A stretch of DNA of 64,000 bases from an uncultured Rikenellaceae bacterium. Its GTDB lineage: Bacteria; Bacteroidota; Bacteroidia; Bacteroidales; VadinHA17. The stretch lies in the NCBI GenBank assembly GCA_964522415.1, contig CAZFVQ010000017.1, positions 4,723 to 68,722 on the forward strand, in the 5' to 3' direction. The notes below the pieces were generated by a model that did no database searches, was not told where the DNA came from, and saw nothing but the letters and a program-made list of their open reading frames with translations. Numbering within the stretch: the first letter of the stretch is position 1; each line of letters starts with the position of its first letter. A program made the translations under genes and the position numbers. This document shows, piece after piece, positions 1 through 9,896 of this stretch.

Positions 1-306
1 CATTGCAATGAAGCAACACCAAAACTGAAGGCATGGTATGAGAAGGCAAAAAATGATGGTGTTGAAATTTTTTCTGTCTGTACCACAAACAACAGGCAGG
101 AATGGACAGATTATATTGAAAAACATGATCTTACCTGGATAAACGGATGGGATCCCGACCGGCACACACATTTTGATTATTATTATAATGTTCAGGCCAC
201 ACCAATGGTTTATATACTGGATAAAGACAAAAAAATCATAGCCAAGAAGCTGTCGATCGATGATATACCCTCATTTATCGATAATTACAGAAAATATTTC
301 AGATAG
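1..306 (+). CDS. C-terminal part of a TlpA/thioredoxin-like (redoxin) protein, truncated by the window start
   Basis: Hand translation of frame +1: HCNEATPKLKAWYEK...VEIFSV...YNVQATPMVYILDKDKKIIAKKL...FR*. The leading HC is probably the end of a CxxC motif and the TP is the cis-Pro motif. Not in the ORF track. Confidence 0.75.
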   Translation, partial: HCNEATPKLKAWYEKAKNDGVEIFSVCTTNNRQEWTDYIEKHDLTWINGWDPDRHTHFDYYYNVQATPMVYILDKDKKIIAKKLSIDDIPSFIDNYRKYFR

Positions 307-314
307 AAACTGTA

Positions 315-1322
315 CTATTCCAGCTGTCTGAGATTTTTCAGCAGTTCATACAGGCTGTTAAAGTTCAGTACTTTTTCATCATTTACAAGAGACCATCCCC
401 CGCCTTCTTCCAGCACTTTAATATATGGCCGTGTTTTACCGGATGAAATCCTGAATCCCCTCCTCCCCAAGGCTTTAGTAGTCCAGTTTCTCTGTCTTCC
501 TGTGCCTCCTTCAAGGTACAGCTCACCATTGTAAGCCGGGCTGAAGCCGAAACTGCCGTCTTCCGGATCAAATCCGGTACGTTCAGAATCAAAGAGACAT
601 TCAAAATAATTCATCAGCCAAAGATCTTCAGGAGCACCTTCTTTTATATCTGCTTCGGTGATAAGCCAGATTTTATCAGCATTATTGACTGCAATATTAA
701 AATCATGGGTGGAAAAAACTATTGTTTTGCCTGATTCAGTGAGATCCTTCATCAGTTTAAGCACACCGAACTTTCCGGAAATATCAAGAAAAGCCAGAGG
801 TTCATCCATTATCAGAATATCAGTATCCTGGGCAAGTACCCTGGCTATCATTGCTCTCTGCCGTTCACCGTCAGACAGTTCGGAAATGAGCCTGTCTGAA
901 AAATTTGTCAGACCTGCCCTATTTATCGAATCAATAATAATTTCACCGGCAATCCGGTCAGGCCTGCCGGTCCAGTCTGTATAGGGAAATCGTCCGAGAG
1001 CAACCAGATCATATACCCTCATATGGCTCACTCTTATTATTTCAGTTGAAATATATCCGACATTTCTGGCAAATTTTATTCTGGAATAATGTCTGGTATC
1101 CTCATTCCGTATCAGTACTGAGCCACCAATGTTCTTCTGCAGACCGGTGATTGTTCTGAGAAGAGTACTTTTCCCTATACCGTTGCGGCCAAGAACCGCG
1201 ATCAGTTCCCCTTTTCCGGCAGAGGCATCCAGTGGCGGCAGTATAGGTATTTTCTTCCTGCCATGGATATAACCGATAATCAAGGAGTTTACAGTTAATA
1301 TTTCCCGTGGAAGTTTTTTCAT
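315..1322 (-). CDS. btuD: ABC transporter ATP-binding protein, cobalamin/iron-chelate family (BtuD-like)
   Basis: Walker A GRNGIGKST, signature LSDGERQR, Walker B ILIMDEP, H-loop STHD. Real start is most likely the ATG at 1322, which overlaps the btuC stop (TGATG coupling); the ORF track's extension to 1610 lies inside btuC. Confidence 0.88.
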   Translation of the reverse strand: MKKLPREILTVNSLIIGYIHGRKKIPILPPLDASAGKGELIAVLGRNGIGKSTLLRTITGLQKNIGGSVLIRNEDTRHYSRIKFARNVGYISTEIIRVSHMRVYDLVALGRFPYTDWTGRPDRIAGEIIIDSINRAGLTNFSDRLISELSDGERQRAMIARVLAQDTDILIMDEPLAFLDISGKFGVLKLMKDLTESGKTIVFSTHDFNIAVNNADKIWLITEADIKEGAPEDLWLMNYFECLFDSERTGFDPEDGSFGFSPAYNGELYLEGGTGRQRNWTTKALGRRGFRISSGKTRPYIKVLEEGGGWSLVNDEKVLNFNSLYELLKNLRQLE

Positions 1323-2401
1323 CAGAACAGTTCGGAGCTTATATTTTTCCTTAAAACAATCCAGATAACCACCGGAATACCGATCAGGGATGTAACGGAA
1401 TTCACCGGCAGAATTTTTTCCGATCCGGGCAACTGGGAAAAGATATCGCTGATGAGCATGACGGAGGCTCCGGTAAAGACGGTACCGGGTACAAGCAGAC
1501 GATGATCTGATGTTTTTAATATATTGCGGACTATGTGAGGTACTGCAATGCCAATGAATGCTATCGGGCCGCAGAATGCAGTCACGCTGCCTGACAGAAT
1601 ACTTGTGCATGCAAAAATAATTATCCGGGCAGAAGTTATATTCAATCCTGAACTCGTTGCATAGTTTTCTCCTATCAGTAATGCATTGAGCATTTTAACC
1701 GACAACATGCTAAGGATGACACCTGCTGCGACTGAAACAGACAATACATTAAGCTGTTCGGCGGAAAGGTTTCCCAGACTGCCCATTGTCCAGATTACAT
1801 AAGCCTTCAGCATGGATTCACTGCTGAAGTACTGAAGAATACTTACGATGGCGGAAATTCCGCTTGCCAGCATCATCCCAATAATGAGTACCGTCATGAT
1901 GCTTCGCACCCTGGCTGATATGAACAGCATCAGTATCATGACTGCGCCTGCACCGGCCCATGCGGCGGAAACGAGTATCCAGTTTCCGCCTGCTGTAATT
2001 AATGCAGGTCCGGATACTGAGGGAAAGCCCAGGATTACAAGTGCAACTCCAAGTCCCGCACCTGAGCTTACGCCAAGGACATAGGGTCCTGCCATTGGAT
2101 TCCTGAAAACGGTCTGCATCTGGAGTCCGCTCAGTGACAGGGCAATACCTACAAGGATTGCTGTAATGGCTTTAGGAAGTCTGAATTTCAAAACGAGTGT
2201 CTGTACAGTTTCATCGCCCATCCCCGCAAGAGATCGTAAAACATCTGACGGCTTAAGGGATACGGAACCCAGGAATAAGTCAAGAACAAACAGGACAAGA
2301 AGCAGTATAAGAAGGCCCGGGAAGATCCATCTCCTCATCCTTGTCATTGAAGGGGAAGAGGCAGGGTTTGCATGCCCGGTGATATTTTTTTCGTCAGTCA
2401 T
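1322..2401 (-). CDS. btuC: FecCD/BtuC-family ABC permease
   Basis: FRLPKAITAILVG, MQTVFRNPMAGPYVLGVSSGA, G(P)IAFIGIAVPH motifs; multiple TM segments; under a cobalamin riboswitch. Confidence 0.9.
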   Translation of the reverse strand: MTDEKNITGHANPASSPSMTRMRRWIFPGLLILLLVLFVLDLFLGSVSLKPSDVLRSLAGMGDETVQTLVLKFRLPKAITAILVGIALSLSGLQMQTVFRNPMAGPYVLGVSSGAGLGVALVILGFPSVSGPALITAGGNWILVSAAWAGAGAVMILMLFISARVRSIMTVLIIGMMLASGISAIVSILQYFSSESMLKAYVIWTMGSLGNLSAEQLNVLSVSVAAGVILSMLSVKMLNALLIGENYATSSGLNITSARIIIFACTSILSGSVTAFCGPIAFIGIAVPHIVRNILKTSDHRLLVPGTVFTGASVMLISDIFSQLPGSEKILPVNSVTSLIGIPVVIWIVLRKNISSELF

Positions 2402-3576
2402 TCAATCTTTCTGTAATAAACCGTTTCATAAGCAGGAAAAATCTCCGGATGAATTATTGAAGCAATATCTTTTAGAATTACATGAGGATTCATGGCACCG
2501 CTTTCCCAATAATCATTGCCGCCGTTTACATTAAGTCTTTTATTGTTATTATACACTCTGTCATTAATGAACGGAGGCATTGATCCAAGCCTGTTATCAA
2601 TGGCAACAATTTCCTGTTTCAAGGAAACACTTCCGGTATTGAGCCATATGTCAGCCTTCAGTGCGGCAGCATAAACTGATTCCAGGCTGTAGGGCATGGC
2701 TAGCGCAGATTTGGTATCCCGCCATAAATAACTGCCACCTGCATCATCAACAAATTTACTGATATACGAATTTCCCGGTGAGACAAACCATGTATCCCGG
2801 AATGGCAATCCCAGCATAACAACCGGTCTGGAGGTCGTTTCACCTATAAGTTCCCTGAGGTTCAGATATGAATTCCGGATTTCCCTGAACAGGGAATCAG
2901 CCAGCTCCTCACAACAGTACAGGGCACCAAAGACCTTTATCCATTCAGCCTTTCCCAAAGGATCTGTTTCAAGATAATCAGCATTGTACATCACACTCAG
3001 CCCCAGTTCGCTGATTTTGGCAGTATAACCTGCGGATTCACTGCCTATTCCATATATCATGACAAGATCAGGTGAGGATTTAACAATAAGCTCGGTATTG
3101 AGACCCGAATCATAACCTATATCACTGACGAGTCCCTGGTTTATCCTGTTATTAATTTCACTATCAAAGACAAAGCCGGCTCCTGAAACCCCAACAATTG
3201 AATTCTGACGGCCAAGTGCCCTGATCATTGCAATATGTGTGGTTGACATGCAGATTATCCTGTTTAACGGGACATTGATAATTTTTGAAGGATCGGATTT
3301 AAGTTCTTTCGGGCATGAATCGTTTTTCAGGTAATATTCATGAATCACATTGCCTGCACCCTGCCAGGGATCCGTAATGCGAAGGATGGTACAGCTGTCA
3401 GTAACACGCAGGTCAAAGCGTTCGGCATAACTGATATCCCCTCCGGAAGCTTTCTGTATTTTTTCCCTTTTCCGGTCTTTACAGCAGGAAGGGAAAAGCA
3501 TCAGCAGGAAAAAAACAGACAACAACAGGTATAATATTTTATATTTCAATATTCTTACTTTTCCCAAACAATACAT
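2398..3576 (-). CDS. btuF: Periplasmic substrate-binding lipoprotein, BtuF/FecB family (start uncertain, 3576 or nearby)
   Basis: Lipoprotein-like signal ending LFPSC; ETDPLGKAEWIK and WESGAMNPHVILKD are typical of Bacteroidetes B12/iron binding proteins; ATGA overlap with btuC. Confidence 0.82.
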   Translation of the reverse strand: MYCLGKVRILKYKILYLLLSVFFLLMLFPSCCKDRKREKIQKASGGDISYAERFDLRVTDSCTILRITDPWQGAGNVIHEYYLKNDSCPKELKSDPSKIINVPLNRIICMSTTHIAMIRALGRQNSIVGVSGAGFVFDSEINNRINQGLVSDIGYDSGLNTELIVKSSPDLVMIYGIGSESAGYTAKISELGLSVMYNADYLETDPLGKAEWIKVFGALYCCEELADSLFREIRNSYLNLRELIGETTSRPVVMLGLPFRDTWFVSPGNSYISKFVDDAGGSYLWRDTKSALAMPYSLESVYAAALKADIWLNTGSVSLKQEIVAIDNRLGSMPPFINDRVYNNNKRLNVNGGNDYWESGAMNPHVILKDIASIIHPEIFPAYETVYYRKIE

Positions 3577-3689
3577 CTTAATGTCATGTCCCGCTACCAT
3601 CGGCCATTATTCATTGTTTACAGGAAATCAAGTGATGAATCAGAAGAATTAAACTCTGAGCTTTTCTTCCCGAAAGCGTTGAACAGTGG

Positions 3690-3878
3690 TTTCCGGCAGG
3701 TCTTCTGACTTGTCCCGGTCCGGCGAAGCCTTCCCATTCCGTCTGTCGGAACAGTGGCAGGGTATCACAGGACCATCATCGTAATAACGATCGGGCATCA
3801 CAGCAGCGGGTACTGTCGCGGATTCTCACCGCATTCCCTTTTCATTGCAACAATTACTACAGGTTGCAAAACCAGAAC
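3690..3878 (-). promoter_or_regulatory. Cobalamin (AdoCbl) riboswitch upstream of btuFCD
   Basis: Minus strand reads GGTTTT...AAAAGGGAATGCGGTGAGAATCCGCGACAGTACCCGCTGCTGTG...GCCACTG...GGGAAGGC...AAGTCAGAAGACCTGCC, which are the conserved cobalamin-riboswitch blocks including the B12 box. A TATCTTTGC -7 promoter element lies just upstream (about 3882-3890). Confidence 0.95.
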
Positions 3879-3996
3879 AAAGCAAAGATATACTTTTTAT
3901 GTTATACACAAAGGATCCGGATTTTCATTGAGGCGAAACAGCTATCCGCTATCATGCTGAAAGCAATGTGGAAACCATTCAACTGATAATGATCTC

Positions 3997-5040
3997 CTAC
4001 AGAGTTCCGCAGGAATTTCTCAGTTCAAGGCCGGGAGGTATGTTCACCTGTCTTTTGAACTTACTTTTGCCAGCATTTTTCACTTCAGACCAGATCATAT
4101 TTGCTGCTTTCAAAGCAAGACCTGAAACAGGTTTTTTAAGACAGGTTACCGGAGTGAACATAAGATCGAATCCCGGCCCGTCTTCCATTGATATCAGTGC
4201 AATATCCTGGGGGACACGCAGCTTTTTATATCTCAGCATAGACATAACCGGATACACGAGTCCGGCATGCATAACCAGAATTATTTCGGCCCTGAAAGGA
4301 GGCCGGAGGAATTGTTCAATCTGACTGAAATAGTATTCATCATCGGTAAAAGTACTTTCAAACTCAACTACAACAGGTTTATTTGTCTGCCTGTCTTTTC
4401 CTGAAAGGGCGGAGATCATCTGATCAATCACAGATATATCATGTTTTGCCAATCTTTTATCAGTAGCAATAATAATATTCTTATATCCGAGTTTATGTAC
4501 ATGATCTGCCACAAGCTGTATACCTGCAGCACTATCCGTATTCACGGTGCTGAGTCTACCTGTTTTGATGCTTTTTTCCAGAAGGATGAAGGGATAAGAT
4601 GCTGCCCTCAGAGTTCTTATAGTCTGATCATCAGCAGTTTCTCCCATCAGGATCAGGCCACTGAAAAATTTCCTGAAAGATCCGATCATTCTGTCATAAC
4701 GCTGATCATCGGGGTCTTTTGTGATTATTGAGAATCCCAGTCCTATACTATGAAATGATTTCTGCAGATACGGCGTGATACTCTGAACAAATGAATCTCC
4801 CAAAGAAGGGACTATCATTCCTATTATACCGGGTTTCTCTTCATGTGGCAGTATTTCCCCTTTTTCTTCCTGTGCGCTGAAATAGCCCATCTGCCTGGCC
4901 ATTGCCCATACTTTTTCCTGTGTCTCCCTGCGAATCCCATGCTGGTCGGCCTTATTGTTCAGTACCAGCGACACCAGTGTACCTGAAACACCCAATCTGG
5001 CAGCAAGATCTTTATTTTTAAATTTCTTCATTTTTTTCAT
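3997..5040 (-). CDS. LacI-family transcriptional regulator
   Basis: N-terminal HTH KNKDLAARLGVSGTLVSLVLNNK, hinge IRRETQEKVWAMARQMGY, C-terminal sugar-binding-like domain (LRVPQDIALISMED, PVTCLKKP). Confidence 0.88.
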   Translation of the reverse strand: MKKMKKFKNKDLAARLGVSGTLVSLVLNNKADQHGIRRETQEKVWAMARQMGYFSAQEEKGEILPHEEKPGIIGMIVPSLGDSFVQSITPYLQKSFHSIGLGFSIITKDPDDQRYDRMIGSFRKFFSGLILMGETADDQTIRTLRAASYPFILLEKSIKTGRLSTVNTDSAAGIQLVADHVHKLGYKNIIIATDKRLAKHDISVIDQMISALSGKDRQTNKPVVVEFESTFTDDEYYFSQIEQFLRPPFRAEIILVMHAGLVYPVMSMLRYKKLRVPQDIALISMEDGPGFDLMFTPVTCLKKPVSGLALKAANMIWSEVKNAGKSKFKRQVNIPPGLELRNSCGTL

Positions 5041-5244
5041 CTGTGGTGACAAATATATTTAGGCTGTTTTTGGAAAACAGTTATAAAAATAATGTTTTTT
5101 TCACTGTTTAGGTTAAAATTTCCTTTTAAATGTTCCCATGTCATGTCCCTCCGGCTTAATCACAATCATCGGACTCATTGCAGTTCAGCCGGGACGGACA
5201 GCCATGGAATGGTTTTTACTGTACAAGGATCATTGAAAAGCACT

Positions 5245-7215
5245 TTATCTTTTAGGCGGTTTATATCCTTTTTGCTTTGCAGCCTGTTCAAGTCGTTGTT
5301 GCCATTTAGATTTCGGTGGAGCTTTCTTTTTATTTTCCTCCAGGGTGGCCAGTACTTTATCAGCATCAATAAATCTTTTTGACATGGCATTCTGCAGCCA
5401 GGTTATCATATTGGCAAGAAAATAATAATATGTCAATCCTGATGAGAAATTATTGAAGATGAACAAGAACATAACCGGCATCATGTACATCATTACCTTC
5501 ATTCCCGGCTGATCCTGGCCTGAAGTGGTCCCGGACATTTTGGTTGTGACTATGGACGATATTGTCATCAGCAGGGTCCACAGGCTCACATGGTCACCAT
5601 ACCAGGGTATTTTAAACGGAAGGTTGAGAATTGAATCATATGTGGAAAGGTCTGTTGCCCAAAGGAAGGATTCCTGTCTCAGCTCTATGGAAACAGGAAA
5701 GAATCTGAACATTGCAAACAGTATGGGAAATTGCAAAAGCATTGGCAGGCAGCCTCCCATTGGATTCACTCCTGCTCTTTTATAGAGATCCATGGTTGCC
5801 TGCTGCTTTTTCATTGCATCTTCCTGTTTTGGGTATTTTTTCCCCAGTTCATCCACCAGTGGTTTTAGGATTTTCATCTTGGCGGTAGACTGGTAAGATT
5901 TGAAAGTCAGCGGGTAGAGAACAACTTTTATTAATATTGTAAGAATAAGAATGATAATACCGTAACTGCTCACATATCTTTCCAGCCAGTTAAAAACCGG
6001 AATAATAACAAACCTGTTGATCCATCCGACTATGTTCTTGCCGACAAATATTATCTTATCCATATCATAGCCTTCCTTTCGCAATGTCGAAATATGATTC
6101 GGGCCATAATAGAATCTAAGGGCAAGGTTTGTTTCCGGACTGTTTTCAATGGGAACTCCCAATTCGGAGGTAAAGTAACGGATATATTTTTCAGATGTGA
6201 GAGTTTTGACAGAAGTTATGGAAGCACTGAGAAAATAATTATCCGTAATGAGCACTGATGAAAAAAACTGATCAACATAGGCCACCCAGCTTAATCTTGT
6301 GGTTATGTCAACCTTTTCAACTTCCTTGTTTGATCTCAGCCGCAATCCGTCAACATCGTCCTGATAATATTTATACCTGATGGTGGTATACATATCTTCA
6401 TTCTGCCGGCCTTTTTCCTGCTGGGGCAGATACATCCTCCAGTCGAGTTCAATATTATTCTGGTTTTCAGGAAGAATACCATGCATGTTTTTAAATGTAA
6501 CATCATAATCGACACTGTTCTTTCCCGGTTCCAGAGTATATTTGTATTCAATATATCTTTCATCGTCTGCAGCCAGTCTGAGCACCACACTAAGCGGTTC
6601 CGACATTACCTGGTAATGCCTTTTTTCGGAAAGCGGGCTAAAATACAGGTTGTTTGTCTGTATTGCCTTGTTGTCTGAAGTAAAGAAATTGAACCCGAAT
6701 ACAGTTGAGTCTCCTGAAAAGAGAATAAGGGGTCTGGCATCGTGGGTTGTGAAATCTTTCACCCGTGCGGAATAAACCCGGCCCCCCTTAAGGGAAATCC
6801 TGAGGTCTATCTTATCGTTTTCCAGTATAATAAACTCATCTTCCCCATCCGCTGATCCTGCAAACACACCATATTGTCCGGGATCTGCCACGGGCACTCC
6901 GCCTGTGGCTGTTTGTGGTATTGTTTCGGGTTCAGCAATTGCACTGTCAGCAGGGATTTCTACAATCCCGGGTATTGTGCCGAGTTTCAGGTTCAGTTCA
7001 CTGATCTTTTCGAGCACATCCGGATGATTGGGTTTAAATCGTAAAGCATTGACATATTCAGTCCGGGATCTTTCAAAATTTCCTTTATTATATTCTGTTT
7101 CCGCTGCGGTCAGTGCTTTTTCAAATTCCTTGTTGAGCCGGCTGTTATTGTAAATACTGAAACCGATGAAGATCATGAAGATCAGTATCAGTCCTGTAAT
7201 AGTATTTTTGTCCAT
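5245..7215 (-). CDS. yidC: Membrane protein insertase YidC
   Basis: MDKNTITGLILIF N-terminal anchor; YGIIILILTILIKVVLYPLT, VNPMGGCLPMLLQFPILFAMF, SSGLTYYYFLAN motifs. Confidence 0.96.
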   Translation of the reverse strand: MDKNTITGLILIFMIFIGFSIYNNSRLNKEFEKALTAAETEYNKGNFERSRTEYVNALRFKPNHPDVLEKISELNLKLGTIPGIVEIPADSAIAEPETIPQTATGGVPVADPGQYGVFAGSADGEDEFIILENDKIDLRISLKGGRVYSARVKDFTTHDARPLILFSGDSTVFGFNFFTSDNKAIQTNNLYFSPLSEKRHYQVMSEPLSVVLRLAADDERYIEYKYTLEPGKNSVDYDVTFKNMHGILPENQNNIELDWRMYLPQQEKGRQNEDMYTTIRYKYYQDDVDGLRLRSNKEVEKVDITTRLSWVAYVDQFFSSVLITDNYFLSASITSVKTLTSEKYIRYFTSELGVPIENSPETNLALRFYYGPNHISTLRKEGYDMDKIIFVGKNIVGWINRFVIIPVFNWLERYVSSYGIIILILTILIKVVLYPLTFKSYQSTAKMKILKPLVDELGKKYPKQEDAMKKQQATMDLYKRAGVNPMGGCLPMLLQFPILFAMFRFFPVSIELRQESFLWATDLSTYDSILNLPFKIPWYGDHVSLWTLLMTISSIVTTKMSGTTSGQDQPGMKVMMYMMPVMFLFIFNNFSSGLTYYYFLANMITWLQNAMSKRFIDADKVLATLEENKKKAPPKSKWQQRLEQAAKQKGYKPPKR

Positions 7216-7374
7216 TCTTTCTGTTAGTATTATTTTCTTCCCTTGTAAAAAATCACCCCGTCTTTTTAAATACTGTTGGCATACATAAATTTATAAGCCC
7301 GTTCATTTTTTGGCACAAATATATCTTTAACTTCTGTCAAAGCAATAAAAATTTGTTTCTGGTTAAGGGCAGTA

Positions 7375-9597
7375 CTAGCGGTTATGGTCTTCAAATTCTG
7401 ACTGGTCAATCATTTTAACTTTTTCCTCAAGGATTTTGATCATATTTTTTGCATTGTCAATCTTTTCCCTGACCTCACGAATCATTGTTTCGGCATTGAT
7501 CGATTTGGTAAAAAATCCGATATTGTTTTCCCAGAGTACTATATCATTTTCCAGTTGCTTGATTTTTATAAAAAATTTATCGCGTTCATTTCTGATTTTT
7601 CTTGATGCATTGGGATTTGTTTTTAGATTTTCCAGTCTGGATCTGAACTTGAGAATACTTTTATCATCATCTCCGATTTTCAGCCTGTCAAATTCCTTGT
7701 TCAGTGTGATACGGTACTTGTTTGTAATCTCATCCTTTCTGTTAAAGGGAACAAATCCTATTTCAGCCCATCTCCGCTGGATGTCCTTAAGTCGTTCGAA
7801 GGCTTCCTCTATGTCCGCCCCTGCATCAAATTTTTCAATTTCCTGGATCAGTGCAAGTTTTGCTTTTAGATTATCTTCATAGGATGTATCCAGATCATTG
7901 AAAAACTCCGCCTTTTTGTCAAAAAAATGGTCACAGGCTTTCCGGAATCTTTTCCAGAGTTTTTCGGATTGCTTTCTGGGGACAGGACCGACATCCTTCC
8001 AGTTTTTTTGAAGTTTTATAAGGGCATCCGTGGTTGCTTTCCAGTCGGTACTGTCCTGCAGTGCCTCTGCCTGAAGACACAAATCAATTTTAAGCTGGAG
8101 ATTGGTCTGTTGTACTTCCTTATTGTCGGCATAGAAATTTCTTTTTTTATCGAAAAAGCTGTCACATGCATCCCGGAATCTCTGATATACCTTATTATTT
8201 TGTTTTTTTGGCGCAAATCCGATTGTTCTCCACATTTTCTGCAGCGCCATTATTTTTTCGGCTTTTTCATCAAATTCCTTGAAATTCGTAATTTCGAGAA
8301 GATTTATTTCCTCCACTTCCTCACACAGGGCTATCTTTGCTTCCAGATTTCTGCGCTGAACATCCTTCTGATTTTCGAAGTATTCATAATGCCGCTTATT
8401 TATCTGAGAAGTTGCCTCCCTGAAGCGTTCCCATATTTCATTTTTCGATTCAATGGGTACAGGACCTATTTCACGCCACTGATTATGATATTCCTGCAGG
8501 ACACGAAAGGCGTTTACCGGATTTGGTTCAAGAAGAAGTTCTTCAGCTTTTTCACACAACAGCACTTTGGTTTCAAGATTCTTTTTCAGATCAAGGTCAC
8601 GTAACTCTTTATTAATTTTGATATAATCATAAAAAATTTCCACGTGATGATGATAATTCTCCCAAAGGTGCTTCACTGCGTTCTGGGGAACCACACCTGT
8701 CGAATGCCACTCATTCTGAAGTGATCTGAATTCATTGAAAGTTTTGTTTATTGATTCCTCACGGTTGACAAGTTCTTTTATCTTGTCGATTATCTCATAT
8801 TTCTTCTTAAGGTTTTCGTATTTTTCGGCTTCCTGTATCCTGTTAAAATCAGTCTTCTTTTGCCTGTATTTATCCAGAAGGTGCTTAACCCTTGCTTCAA
8901 GCGGATCGACCCAGGAACGGTAATCCTCAAGAGTGCCACCGCCTTCCAGGAATTTATTCTTTCTTTCTTCAGCTTCCTGCTTTAGCTTTTTATAAAAAAA
9001 TACCTTTAACCTGTCTACATCATTCCGAATTTCCGACGGCGGCCTGTTATCAATCAGAAGTGCCAGTGTCTCGACAAGATCATTCTTCGAATAACCAGAA
9101 TAATCAACAGGGGGGAGTTCAATATCATCAAGATTTTCGACTTCACTTTCGTGTTCCTCAGTTCCGGATTGATTTTCATGCTCCCTTACTGTTTTCCTTT
9201 TTCTTTTTACAGGAATTCCATCTTCCTTGTCGTGCTGTTCCCCGTCTGCATGCTCACTTTCAGCCTCTACTCCGGCAGTCTGATCATCCACGGCAGGCTC
9301 CCCTTCGGGCCGTTCCCCGTCTGCATGCTCACTTTCAGCCTCTACTCCGGCAGTCTGACCATCCACGGCAGGCTCCCCTTCGGGCCGTTCCCCGTCTGCA
9401 TGCTCACTTTCAGCCTCTACTCCGGCAGTCTGACCATCCACGGCAGGCTCCCCTTCGGGCCGTTCCTTCTGATTATCAATAATTCTGGCTGCCGGAATTA
9501 CTTCACCATTTGTATTTCTCTCAGTTCCGGGGGCATTTTCATTTGCCCCGGATTGTTCATTACGAACAGAGTCATCCGGATCTTTCTCTATTATCAT
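7375..9597 (-). CDS. DUF349 domain-containing protein with an acidic repetitive N-terminus
   Basis: Repeated helical units of the form K..LCE.AE...LQ..W..IG.VP......W.RFR.ACD.FF, typical of DUF349. Confidence 0.85.
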   Translation of the reverse strand: MIIEKDPDDSVRNEQSGANENAPGTERNTNGEVIPAARIIDNQKERPEGEPAVDGQTAGVEAESEHADGERPEGEPAVDGQTAGVEAESEHADGERPEGEPAVDDQTAGVEAESEHADGEQHDKEDGIPVKRKRKTVREHENQSGTEEHESEVENLDDIELPPVDYSGYSKNDLVETLALLIDNRPPSEIRNDVDRLKVFFYKKLKQEAEERKNKFLEGGGTLEDYRSWVDPLEARVKHLLDKYRQKKTDFNRIQEAEKYENLKKKYEIIDKIKELVNREESINKTFNEFRSLQNEWHSTGVVPQNAVKHLWENYHHHVEIFYDYIKINKELRDLDLKKNLETKVLLCEKAEELLLEPNPVNAFRVLQEYHNQWREIGPVPIESKNEIWERFREATSQINKRHYEYFENQKDVQRRNLEAKIALCEEVEEINLLEITNFKEFDEKAEKIMALQKMWRTIGFAPKKQNNKVYQRFRDACDSFFDKKRNFYADNKEVQQTNLQLKIDLCLQAEALQDSTDWKATTDALIKLQKNWKDVGPVPRKQSEKLWKRFRKACDHFFDKKAEFFNDLDTSYEDNLKAKLALIQEIEKFDAGADIEEAFERLKDIQRRWAEIGFVPFNRKDEITNKYRITLNKEFDRLKIGDDDKSILKFRSRLENLKTNPNASRKIRNERDKFFIKIKQLENDIVLWENNIGFFTKSINAETMIREVREKIDNAKNMIKILEEKVKMIDQSEFEDHNR
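9237..9466. repeat. 75-bp tandem repeat, about 3 copies, in-frame in DUF349 (25-aa unit ERPEGEPAVDGQTAGVEAESEHADG)
   Basis: CCCGTCTGCATGCTCACTTTCAGCC... starts at 9241, 9316 and 9391; I see one substitution among the copies. Confidence 0.95.
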
Positions 9598-9896
9598 AGC
9601 AAGTCCTTTCTAATTTCAGGTCTCTATTGGAAATCTTAACCATGTAAGCTATCATGGACATTTAAGCTACGAAAATATTGAAATATTTAATAAACTCAAA
9701 GGCCCGGAGAAATTAATATGACAATCTGTTAATTACATCTGCCATATAATGAGAGTTTAAATATATTTTCACTTTCTTTTTTACAATAGTTCATTAAATT
9801 TTTGAGTCTTTTGATTCCCTTCAAATATATATATTTGATTATGAATGCATTATTAAAACATGAATGATAATAAATTTGCATAAGGAATATTTTGTT

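Noticed and set aside
1323-1610. N-terminal 96-aa extension of the ABC ATPase in the ORF track
   Set aside because: It overlaps the btuC coding sequence; the ATG at 1322 gives standard translational coupling and a normal-length ATPase.
9237-9466. 75-bp repeats as a CRISPR or mobile element
   Set aside because: Contiguous in-frame coding repeat with no spacers and no terminal inverted repeats.
7436-9639. Long plus-strand ORFs antisense to DUF349 (7436-7882, 7927-8604, 8892-9482, 9151-9639)
   Set aside because: Shadow frames of a strongly supported gene; their repeats simply mirror the 75-bp repeat.
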